From Prasinococcaceae sp. CCMP 1430 (taxonomy: Eukaryota > Plantae > Prasinodermophyta): a DNA stretch of 64,000 nucleotides. Shown piece by piece: positions 23,064 to 33,446 of the stretch. The translations under genes were made by a program, and so were the position numbers. The stretch spans positions 94,313 through 158,312 of the forward strand of contig RQSC01000006.1 in assembly GCA_013416795.1 (NCBI GenBank), written 5' to 3'. Each line of letters begins with the position of its first letter. Position 1 is the stretch's first letter. The notes below the pieces were generated by a model that was not told the DNA's origin, did not search any database, and was given only the letters and a program-made list of their open reading frames with translations.

Positions 23064-23303
23064 GCCCCAGCGGGGGAAGCTTTGCGCGCGAAGCCATGCG
23101 CTCGCCGCATACGCCCGCCGCTCGCGCAGGGCGCATCTGCGCGCACGTGCATAGCCACAAACACTCGCAAGACATCACACCCAGACCGATCAACACAAAC
23201 ACACACGGTCGCTCGCATACCTTGCGAGCGAGCCAACACTCTTTCGCCCGGAAGGCGGACTCCGACGTCCGCATGGTAGTGCGTTACACACTCGATCATG
23301 TCC

Positions 23304-24497
23304 TCACTCTGCTGCTCGTGCAACACGACGGATGCGTGCCACCTCATCGTGCACCGCCAGCGCCTCAGCGTCCCGCTCCAGGTGCTTGTACACGCCACCC
23401 ATTGAGTCCAATGCTTCGGCCACGTCCAAGTGGTCGTCACCCAGCGCGGCGCGACGGATGCTGAGGGCCTCCTCGTACGCCGCGAGCGCCTCGTCGTACC
23501 CCTCCAAACGGAGCGCGTACAGCCTACCCACATCCATCAATATCCCTGCCACGTCTAAGTGGTCGTCACCCAGCGCGGCACGCTCGATGCGCAGCTCCTC
23601 CTTTTTCGCCGCCAGCGCCTCGTCCCATCGACTCTCGCAGCAATGCACGTCATACATGTAGCGTATCGTCCTCGCCACGTCCCGGTGGTCGTCACCCAAG
23701 ACGGCGCGCTTAATGCGCAGCGCCTCTTCGTGCTCCGCCATCGCCTCCTCGTACCGGTGGAGGCCGACGCAAACGATACCTACGCTGTTCCTCCGCACTG
23801 CCACGCTCAGGTGGTCGTCACCAAGCGCGCCGCGAGAGATGTGCAGCGCCTTCTCGAACGCCAGCAGCGCGTCTTTCTTCCTCTCCCCTTGCATCTTCCA
23901 ATGCACGTGACCCATGTAGAAAATTGTCTGCGCCACGTCGTCGTGGTCGTCACCCTGCGCCGCGCGACGGATGCGCAGTGCCTCCTCGTACACCGCCAGA
24001 GCCTCGTCACACCGCCGCTGGAAGCGGTAGACCCGACCGATACATTCGAGCGTCCCTGCTACGCCCAGGTGGTCGTCACCCAGCGCGGCGCGACGGATGC
24101 GCAGCGATTCCTCGTACTCTGCGAGCGCCTTGTCGTACTGCTCCTGCTTGAGGTACACGTCGCCAATACTTATTAGCGTCCATGCCACGTCCAAGTGGTC
24201 GTTGCCCTGCGCGGCGCGACGGACGCGCAGGGACTCCTTGAGCGCCGCCAGCGCCTCGTCGTGCCGATTCACCTTGAGGTACGCGACACCCATGCAGTTG
24301 TCCGCCACTGCTAAGTCCAGGGGTTTGAAGTCGTCGCCCAGTACTTGCACCACACGTCGGATGCGCTGCGCCCCCTCGTACGCCGCCAGCGCGTCCTCGT
24401 ATCGCCTCTTGCAAAAGTGCGTCTTCCCTTGCTCCATGCAGTTGTCGACAGCCACTCGAAGTGCGGCCTCTGCGAGCGTCCCCGCGGCAGGCGCCAT
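23304..24497 (-). CDS. Tandem TPR protein (kinesin-light-chain/TPR_12-type approx. 42-aa repeats)
   Basis: Repeats of YDEALAAYEEALRIRRAALGDDHLDVA; TGTAA at 23284-23288 (minus strand). Confidence 0.85.
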   Translation of the reverse strand: MAPAAGTLAEAALRVAVDNCMEQGKTHFCKRRYEDALAAYEGAQRIRRVVQVLGDDFKPLDLAVADNCMGVAYLKVNRHDEALAALKESLRVRRAAQGNDHLDVAWTLISIGDVYLKQEQYDKALAEYEESLRIRRAALGDDHLGVAGTLECIGRVYRFQRRCDEALAVYEEALRIRRAAQGDDHDDVAQTIFYMGHVHWKMQGERKKDALLAFEKALHISRGALGDDHLSVAVRRNSVGIVCVGLHRYEEAMAEHEEALRIKRAVLGDDHRDVARTIRYMYDVHCCESRWDEALAAKKEELRIERAALGDDHLDVAGILMDVGRLYALRLEGYDEALAAYEEALSIRRAALGDDHLDVAEALDSMGGVYKHLERDAEALAVHDEVARIRRVARAAE

Positions 24498-24871
24498 CGA
24501 AGCCGCGCCCCGGCTGACGCCGTACCAGAAAATATCGCGCGCGCTCCCAGGCCGCACGCGCCCCAGGCGCCCCGGCGGCAGGCCCGCGCCTGTCAGCCCG
24601 GCCGCAGCTGCCTTCGCGCGGCCCGCGCCCAATGTCAAAGCCCGGGACGCGCCCTCACAGGCGCGGCAGCGGCGCGCGCGCGCGCCAGTGTGCCCCCGCG
24701 CGCCGCGTGGCGCTTCTCCGCCCCCCGGCGGTGATCCAGACGGGCAGGTGGCATCGCACGCAATGAGGCGATGCGATGCCAATGAAGGATGCATCGTGTC
24801 AAAGCCCGAGACGCGTGCTCACGGGCGCCGCAGCAGCGCAGCGTACAAGCGCGTGGCGTCGTACAGCCGAT

Positions 24872-24883
24872 CACACACACGCT

Positions 24884-24938
<55 letters not shown>

Positions 24939-24951
24939 ACACACACACACA
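24872..24951. repeat. (CA)n microsatellite
   Basis: Direct inspection. Confidence 0.95.
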
Positions 24952-25175
24952 GATGCAAGCGCGTACTTCCGTGGCGGCGTACGCGCCTGCGCCTGCGCTG
25001 GCGCTGGCGCTGGCGCTTGCGCTGGCACCCTTCCAGTCTACAGTAAGTTCCAGACGTCGCAGAGGGCCTGAGGTGAGGCGCCCTCGACGGCACCACCCGC
25101 ACCGGCGAGAGCCGGCGAGGGCCAGGCGGGCAGCTGCCAGATGGCAGGCAGCGCCACAGCAGCGCCGCGCTCTCA

Positions 25176-25178
<3 letters not shown>

Positions 25179-25232
<54 letters not shown>

Positions 25233-25239
25233 ACACACA
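25179..25239. repeat. (CA)n microsatellite
   Basis: Direct inspection. Confidence 0.95.
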
Positions 25240-25654
25240 GTTGTTCAACCTCCGGAAGAATTATTTTGCGTGCGTTTTGATGTGCACATTGGCCAGCAGT
25301 GACATTGCGGCAGCGCCGCGGTGCGCCAGCCGGGCCAGACTGGGAGGTTGACAGCGACGGCACCGCCCGGGGTTGTTCGGATGCGAAGAGACGTGTCGAT
25401 CATGCAAGTCAAAGTCAATGCCTCGTCGCGTGAGAAGTGCAAAGTGATGTGAACTCCGATGAAGGTCGCGAAGCGTGCGAAGGGCAGGGATGAGTGCGAA
25501 GTGATGGGAAAGAAGGCGGCGGTGGGAAATTGCGCGGCGCGCGCTGATCGCCGGCCGGCGCCGCTCGGCGGCGCCACACCGCGCGTGAGGGCGAGGGTAA
25601 GCCCGCTGTCCTAATTGGTGGCACCGGGCCGCGGCGGCGGCCGGCCTGGCTCGG

Positions 25655-28599
25655 ATGGGCGGGGGCGCCCGCCTGTGGTGGGTGCTGCTGCTGGGGCTGG
25701 CGCTCGTCGCGGGCGCGGGCGGGCGCATCGCAGGCGCCGCGGCGCAGGCGCCGGGCCCTCCAGTAATCACGTGCGGCGCGTGCAGCTTCACAGTGGCAGC
25801 GGACGACCCCGACGGTACGGGCGTGCTGTCCGATAGCGGGCAGGCGGGCGTGCTCCCTCGCTCCCTCTCTCGCTCCATGCCGGCGGTCGCCCCATGCTGC
25901 TGTTGCGCCGTTGCTCCCGGCGAGCGTGGCGTCTCATTTATGAGTCGCCGCTCGTGCAGCGTGACACCCGCCCCTTCTTCCCGCGCGACCCGGACCCGCT
26001 CGTTGTCGATCGGCTCCTTGCCTGCATGCGCTGCTGACTGACGTGCGCTGCGCGATTTTGCCATCCATTCGCACCGCAGGCAAGCTGCAGCGCACGGGCG
26101 GGCTGTGCGGACCTGGCTGCACGAGCCTTGATCTGCGGCCGCTCAAGCACCACCTCAAGGATGTAGGAGGTTCCCTCGCGGATCTGCCTTTCCTGGAATC
26201 GCTGTGGATCGCCATGTCCAAGAAGCTCAAGGTGCTGCCGCAGAACACGCTGCGCGCGATGAAGTCACTGACGTTCCTCGACCTGCACGCGAATGGGGTG
26301 GCGTCGCTCCACGGCGACCTTTTCAAGAACAACGGCACGGAGCTTTCCCAGCTCAAATGGCTCTCGCTGAGCGGCAACAAGCTCAAGTCGTTGCCCGAGG
26401 GTATCTTTGATGGCCTCACCAGCCTGGAGCACCTCGATCTGCCCAACAACCAGATCGAGTATTTCCACCCGCACGCCTTCGATGCTTTCGCGCCCTCCCT
26501 CAAGCACCTTCGCTTCCACAACAACAACATTGACGCGCCGCTCCCGCCCAGCCTGCTGAGCGGCCTCACGGCGCTCACCATGCTCGACATGCGCGGGAAC
26601 GGAGCAAACATGTGCTACGCCGCCGGCAGCATCCCCCCAGGGGTGCCTGTGATCGGAGGGCACGTGTGCGAGACCGTCCAAACTGTTCACGGGACGGGGA
26701 GCGGTGGGGGGAAAGGCGCCGGCCAGTCCGGTGGCGACGGCGACGACGGCGACAAGAAACCGACGTCTGGCAAGAACAAGACAGGCAAGTGGGGCAAGAA
26801 GAAGAGCAACGGCAAAGGCTGGGGCGCTGCGAAAAAGAAAGCCAGCAGCTGGTGGCAAAAGAAGATCCTGGGCAGGCGCAGGCTGCAGGGTGAGATGCAG
26901 ACTTCGGCGGACGCACCCGCGCCCGCGCCTAGGTTCGAGGACGTGGACAACCTGCCTTACGATGAGCTGGCGGACGATCCGGAGGACGCAGCCCTGCTGA
27001 AGCGCTGCATGGAAGCTTCGTCTCGAGGATGGAGTTTCATGCCGGCGGAGTGCCGCGGGGAAACCGCTGGGGCCGACGAGAGCAGCGCCGCCGCCGCCAA
27101 CCTCACGGTGACGCATAACGGCACCGAGATCTCGGTGGAGCAGGCGATCGTTGGCGGACGGGTGGTGGGCGGAAACGGCGCCGACATCTCGTGGTTTCCC
27201 TATCAGCTCAGCCTGCTGAAGGCCAACTTTCGCATATGTGGCGCGAGCCTCATCGCGCCCGACTGGGCGCTTACCGCGGCGCACTGCCTACCGGAGGCAA
27301 TGGCTGATCCCGCGGGGGCCTCGTCGCTCTACCGCGTCGTTTACGGGAGCACCGACGTCGCGTTGGGGTTGGGAGAGGGCAAGGTCGTGAGCGTGCAGGC
27401 GGTGGTGATCCATCCAGACTTCGTCGCCGACACTTTGGAGTCGGACGTCGCGCTCCTCAAGCTCCAATTCGAAGTGCCGATTGGTTCTGGCTCGGGCGCC
27501 ACGACCATTCCGCTGGCAGGTTCGGGCGAGGACGCACAGTTGGGCCAAGACGCGTATGTCAGCGGCTGGGGCACCACGCAAGAGGACTGCGACTCGTGCT
27601 CGCCCGTCAACCTTCACTACGCGGCCGTGGACATAAGGGCAGGCGCGGACGAGGCCACGTGCGTGGCGTACAGCACATCGAAGTTCAACCCGCGCACGAT
27701 GCTCTGTGCCGGGTGCGCGGACGGTTCCAAAGACGCTTGCCAAGGCGACTCCGGCGGGCCCCTGGCCGTCAACGGCGCCGGCGGGCACCCTTTGCTCGTC
27801 GGCATCGTCAGCTGGGGGATCGGGTGCGGAAGGCAGTTCTTTCCGGGCGTCTATACGCGCGTGTCGACCTTCTCACCCTGGATCCAGGAGGTCACGGCCA
27901 GCGCGGCGGTCGTGAGCAGCCGCTGCAACGAAAACCCCCAGCTAGACTTGGATTGCTTCGCGGCAGCGCCGGTGCCGTGGTCGCCGGTGAACGCCGACGA
28001 GAACCCCTGTGGCGCCGGGCTCGACCTCGGACCGCCGGGACCGCCCCCCCCTCCTGGTCCGTGCTCGACGAGCTGCGATGGCATCGGTGCCGGTCAGGAC
28101 GACATCGACACGCCGTGCTACTGTGACTCCACGTGCGTCGACTTCGACGACTGCTGCGACGACGGTGCGTCGAACACACAGCACCTGCGCTTGTCGCTCT
28201 CCGCCACCCGCACCGCATTGTTCGTGTTCCAGCGCGCGCGCTGACACACCGCCCGCATACACCGCCGCACGCGCCGTAGCGTGCCGAGAGTGCGGGAGCT
28301 GCCCGCCCCTCGAAATTCAGCTCGAGGGCTTTCCGCAGTGCGGGCTCCTCAACAACGGCGAGCTTTGCGGGCGCGAGGCCGTCTCGGGCTGCTGGTGCAC
28401 CGATGACTGCCACGAGTTCGGCACGTGCTGTTGGGACGTGTGCGATGCGTGTGGCTTCAGCTGCACGGACGCCCTCTCGTCATCGACGTCTGGGGCTGCT
28501 GACGACAGCTCCAAGGGAGGCGGCGCCGGCGGCGGGCGCTCCCTTGCCGCGGTGCTGGTCGGCCTCGCGAACGCGGCGCTGGTATTCTTTCACGTCTGA
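25655..28599 (+). CDS. Secreted or GPI-anchored multidomain protease: signal peptide, LRRs, S1 trypsin domain, two somatomedin-B-like domains (introns 25815-26079, 28165-28279)
   Basis: LWWVLLLGLALVAG signal; LxxLxLxxNxLxxLP repeats; RVVGG activation site; TAAHC, DVALL and DACQGDSGGP triad motifs; CYCDSTCVDFDDCCDD and CWCTDDCHEFGTCCWD; hydrophobic C-terminus; both introns phase 1; TGTAA at 28678. Confidence 0.88.
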
Positions 28600-29211
28600 G
28601 CCCGCCAGCCAGGGCGACGACGCGCAGGCGGCGGCCTTCGAAGTTTTGCCGGGCGCGGCTCGGTAGTAGTACACATATGTAACATGCACGCACACTCTAG
28701 CCACCGCGACGCAATACCACTGGGGCTCGAGCTGAGCTGAGCTACACTGAAGCACTTCAGAGCTGAACACGGAGCTGAGCGTCGATCGAGCAGAGCTGAG
28801 GGCAGACCCTTGACCCTAAATCAATGACGCCTCAACCCGTACCACCGCTTCGCGCCGCGCGCGTTCCCCCGTGCCGCGCGCGCGCGCCTCGTAGTTTCTC
28901 TTTCCGCGGATTTGCGGACTCCCATCGGCGTTGACGCCGAGGCCCACGTCATCTGGCCCATGCACGCCACGTGGGTCAGGTCGGTCGGTGGGTCGGGCCA
29001 ACCCCGGATCGCCCGGCCCGCCCGCCCGACATCCGAGGCAACGTATCGATCGATACGCGTCGTGCCGGCGACGCGTCGCGTGGGCCGGCCTGCCGGTCCA
29101 GCTCCGCTACTCTTGTCCAGTCGCGGATGGCGTCCTGCGCGCAGCGCTCGCGCTTTTCGCCGCGGGGCGCGCCGCGCTCGCCCCGCCCGCGATCCGCGAG
29201 CGTGACCGGCG

Positions 29212-30165
29212 NNNNNNNNNNNNNNNNNNNNNNNNNNNNNNNNNNNNNNNNNNNNNNNNNNNNNNNNNNNNNNNNNNNNNNNNNNNNNNNNNNNNNNNNN
29301 NNNNNNNNNNNNNNNNNNNNNNNNNNNNNNNNNNNNNNNNNNNNNNNNNNNNNNNNNNNNNNNNNNNNNNNNNNNNNNNNNNNNNNNNNNNNNNNNNNNN
29401 NNNNNNNNNNNNNNNNNNNNNNNNNNNNNNNNNNNNNNNNNNNNNNNNNNNNNNNNNNNNNNNNNNNNNNNNNNNNNNNNNNNNNNNNNNNNNNNNNNNN
29501 NNNNNNNNNNNNNNNNNNNNNNNNNNNNNNNNNNNNNNNNNNNNNNNNNNNNNNNNNNNNNNNNNNNNNNNNNNNNNNNNNNNNNNNNNNNNNNNNNNNN
29601 NNNNNNNNNNNNNNNNNNNNNNNNNNNNNNNNNNNNNNNNNNNNNNNNNNNNNNNNNNNNNNNNNNNNNNNNNNNNNNNNNNNNNNNNNNNNNNNNNNNN
29701 NNNNNNNNNNNNNNNNNNNNNNNNNNNNNNNNNNNNNNNNNNNNNNNNNNNNNNNNNNNNNNNNNNNNNNNNNNNNNNNNNNNNNNNNNNNNNNNNNNNN
29801 NNNNNNNNNNNNNNNNNNNNNNNNNNNNNNNNNNNNNNNNNNNNNNNNNNNNNNNNNNNNNNNNNNNNNNNNNNNNNNNNNNNNNNNNNNNNNNNNNNNN
29901 NNNNNNNNNNNNNNNNNNNNNNNNNNNNNNNNNNNNNNNNNNNNNNNNNNNNNNNNNNNNNNNNNNNNNNNNNNNNNNNNNNNNNNNNNNNNNNNNNNNN
30001 NNNNNNNNNNNNNNNNNNNNNNNNNNNNNNNNNNNNNNNNNNNNNNNNNNNNNNNNNNNNNNNNNNNNNNNNNNNNNNNNNNNNNNNNNNNNNNNNNNNN
30101 NNNNNNNNNNNNNNNNNNNNNNNNNNNNNNNNNNNNNNNNNNNNNNNNNNNNNNNNNNNNNNNNN
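29212..30165. other. Assembly gap (N run); other gaps at 15562-15630 and 50891-51322
   Basis: Runs of N. Confidence 0.99.
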
Positions 30166-31388
30166 GCCCGCGGTCGCGCCCACACACGCAACGCGCGCGC
30201 GCGCTTGCCGGCCTGCGCGCCCCTGCACCTGCGCCCCCGCGTCCACGCACCTTCGAGTGCACGGCGCGCGCCTGCGCTCGCTCGCGTGCGGCCCCGTGCC
30301 GCCCACCCCCCCCACCCACCCCATCGCCCTCCCGGCGGCGTCGACCGCCGCGCGCGGGGGAACGGGAACGGGAACGGGGGAACCGGGGTGCACAACCTGC
30401 AAATACCTTTGTTCTTCTCTTTAACCCACGGGCGCGCATCGTGTCTCATATCAAACCCAAAGGCCTCTGCATCGCCAGAACGGTTTTTTTTTTGGTTGGG
30501 GGCAATGCATCCCGACGCGAACGCAGTGCATTTTGATGGGAGCGCAAGGCGGTTTGATGGGGGTGCGAATGCAATGCGTTTTGATACTGACGCGGGCGGC
30601 GGGCAAAAGATCTTTTCAGCCGCGTCGACGCCTTTTTTGACACGTGTCAGTTTTGGTGGTGTTGGCGGGGTGGGGCGGCGGGCGCGCGAGAGCGTGATGC
30701 GTGGCGCGCGCGAGCGTGTGCGTTGGGAGGGTGCGCCCCGCGCCGCGCGCGCGCGCTCTGGGCGCACGCGCGCGCGCGCTGCCGCTCCCCACGACTCAAA
30801 AACGCATGCGTTCTGACCTATCACTCCGGCCTTTGATTTTGAACTCGACCCGAACCGCACCGCACGCGGCGCGCCCGCCTCCACGCCCAACGAACCCGGT
30901 GTGCCGACGAAAGCTCGCCGGAACCCTGTCTAGGAGGCACAAAGCACGCACGGTCAGACCCGGACCATGCGCGATAAGACCCGGTTCAAGGCGGGCTCTT
31001 CCGGGCCACTTTTTGTTTTTTTTGTTTTGGCTTTTTTTTTGAACGCGGCGCCAGCAGCAGTGCCGTTGTTGCGCACGCGCACTTCCCCCGAAATAACTCC
31101 GTTTTTACCCAAGGATTCGAGGCGATGTGTCTATAACTACCCACATCGCGCTTAAATACGGATACGAAAAATTCGCGTCCCAATCCAGAAACTCCGGCCG
31201 AGCCGCTGGTGGTGGGCGGAGCGCGGCGGCCGCCGCGGGGGAGCCTTTTTTTTTTTTTGCGCGCGCGGTGTCGGGTTCGGGAATGCGTTTCGGTGTGCGG
31301 GCGCCAACCTTTTTTTTTTTTTGCGGCGACGGGGGCGCGCGAGGTCAAAGCGCACCCTCCCCCACACAGACCGCCCCCGCCGCTCACC

Positions 31389-33362
31389 ATGGTGTGGTGC
31401 ACCACCTGCAATGCCGACATGGCGGCGGAGGTGGACGACACGCGCGGTTTCACGTGCTGCACCGGGTGCGGACGCGTGCTGGACGAGACCGCGTTCTCCA
31501 CCGACCCGACGTTCTCCAAGGCCGCCAACGGCGCGTCGACCGTCGACGGCAACTTCGTGCCGGACGGCGGCGGCGGCGGCGGCATGGGCAAGATGCGCGG
31601 CGCGCGCATCTTCGGCTACCAGGTCGACTCGCACGAGAAGACCATTGCGAAGGGCAAGTACGAGATTTCACAGGTCAGCGAGCGCCTGGGCATACGCCCC
31701 CGCGAGGAGATGGTGTCGGCCGCGCACAGGCTCTACAAGCTCGCGGTGCAGCGCAACTTCACCCGCGGCAGGCGCACCGCGCAGGTCGCCAGCGCGTGCC
31801 TCTACATCGTCTGCAGGCAGGAGGGGAGGCCCTACATGCTCATCGACTTCTCGGATGCGCTGCAGACCAACGTGTACGTGCTGGGCTCGGTCTTCCTGCA
31901 GCTGTGCCGGCTGCTCCGCCTCGAGCAGCACCCCATCATGCAGCGCCCCGTCGACCCGTCCCTCTTCATCCACCGCTTCGCCGACAAGCTCGACCTCGGG
32001 CGCAAGTCCAACGCCGTGGCCACCACCGCCCTGCGCCTGGTCGCCTCTATGAAGCGTGACTGGATGCAGACCGGCCGGCGGCCCAGCGGCATCTGCGGCG
32101 CAGCGCTCTTCATCGCGGCGCACATCCACGGCCTCTCGCGTGGCAAGAAGGAGGTGGTGCAGGTCGTGCACGTGTGCGAGGCGACGCTCCAGAAGCGCCT
32201 CACCGAGTTTCAGCTGACGGGGTCGAGCGACCTCACCGTCGAGGAGTTTGATCAGCGCGCGAACGACGTTGGGACGGCCATTTTCAGGCCGCCGACCGGC
32301 GCAAAGGACGGCGAGATTCGCGAGCTCACATGCGAGCACCGCAAGCAGCCCGGCATCGCCCACTTCGCGCACGGCATGTGCCTGGCCTGCTACCAGCAGT
32401 TCGACAAGGTGTCTGGCGGCCTGCACGGCGGCTTCGATCCCCCGGCGTTCCGTGCCGCGCAGCTCAAGGAGGCCGCCAAGCGGGAGGCGCGCATGAAGAT
32501 GGCGCTTGAGGCGCAGGACCTCCAGGCGACGAAGAGCATAGCGACCGAGCTCGAGTCTGCGCTCCAGGGCGATGCCACGCTGCGCAGGGTAGCGCAGCGC
32601 GCGCTGCCGGAGGGGCAGCGACCCCCCTTGCCCGATCGACAGAATGGCGCAGGGACTGCTGGCGAGGGCGCGGGCGCCTCAGCCGCCGAGCTCATGCCGC
32701 CCCCGGCGACGAAGGGCTCGGGCGTGGGTGACGTCCAAGTGGCTGCGGCCGGCGGCGGCGCGGGGCCGGCGACGCAACTCCCTCTCGATGACAGTGACCT
32801 AGAGTTCGATGATGACTACGAGGAGAAGGAGCACCCGAACGAGGAGACACTGTCTGACGTCGATGACGACGAAATCGACATGTATATTCACACGGAACAG
32901 GAGGTGAAGCTCAAAGAGAAAGTGTGGCGCAAGCTCAACGCTGAGTACTTGAAAGAGCAGGACCAGAAGGCGGCACAAGCAGCAGCGCTGGAGAAGGCCA
33001 ACGCAAAGAAGATTGCCGAAGGGGGCAGGGTTCCAAAAGTTGGGGCGGAGCGCAAGGGAAAGAACAGGATTGGGCAGGTGGGCGTCACCCCGATGGCGCC
33101 ATCGGCTCCCCCGAAGAGCGCTGGCGAGGCGGCCGCGCAGATGCTGGCCAAGAAGCGCATCAGCACGAAAATTAACTACGACGCGCTCGACAGACTCTTC
33201 AGTGACGTGGGCGCCGGCAAGAAGGGCAAGAGCGGCTCCAAGGGCGGTTCTGGCGGCGTCAAGAAGGGCCACGCCGGCAAGTCTAAGGGGAAGGGAAAGG
33301 CGAGCGGAAGGCTGGCGAGCGTCTCGGCCCCTTTCCGCCTCGGCAGCGTTCGTACGGGATGA
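31389..33362 (+). CDS. BRF1: TFIIIB subunit BRF1 (TFIIB-related factor)
   Basis: N-terminal Zn ribbon CTTC...CTGCG, cyclin folds, DWMQTGRRPSGICGAAL, C-terminal TBP-binding region KKRISTKINYD; TGTAA at 33412. Confidence 0.95.
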   Translation: MVWCTTCNADMAAEVDDTRGFTCCTGCGRVLDETAFSTDPTFSKAANGASTVDGNFVPDGGGGGGMGKMRGARIFGYQVDSHEKTIAKGKYEISQVSERLGIRPREEMVSAAHRLYKLAVQRNFTRGRRTAQVASACLYIVCRQEGRPYMLIDFSDALQTNVYVLGSVFLQLCRLLRLEQHPIMQRPVDPSLFIHRFADKLDLGRKSNAVATTALRLVASMKRDWMQTGRRPSGICGAALFIAAHIHGLSRGKKEVVQVVHVCEATLQKRLTEFQLTGSSDLTVEEFDQRANDVGTAIFRPPTGAKDGEIRELTCEHRKQPGIAHFAHGMCLACYQQFDKVSGGLHGGFDPPAFRAAQLKEAAKREARMKMALEAQDLQATKSIATELESALQGDATLRRVAQRALPEGQRPPLPDRQNGAGTAGEGAGASAAELMPPPATKGSGVGDVQVAAAGGGAGPATQLPLDDSDLEFDDDYEEKEHPNEETLSDVDDDEIDMYIHTEQEVKLKEKVWRKLNAEYLKEQDQKAAQAAALEKANAKKIAEGGRVPKVGAERKGKNRIGQVGVTPMAPSAPPKSAGEAAAQMLAKKRISTKINYDALDRLFSDVGAGKKGKSGSKGGSGGVKKGHAGKSKGKGKASGRLASVSAPFRLGSVRTG

Positions 33363-33446
33363 CGGGCCGGCGGACAGACGCCCCCAGGGCACTTTGGAGC
33401 GTACTTGTATTTGTAAGGTCAGTCAGTTCATTATCTGTGCGATGCG

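Noticed and set aside
28821-30890. Long ORFs spanning the N gap
   Set aside because: Open only because N codons hide stops; flanks show no recognisable domain
32320-32410. Extra Cys/His cluster in BRF1 as a novelty
   Set aside because: A CEH...FAHGxCxxCY segment is, to my knowledge, a normal feature of plant-type BRF1
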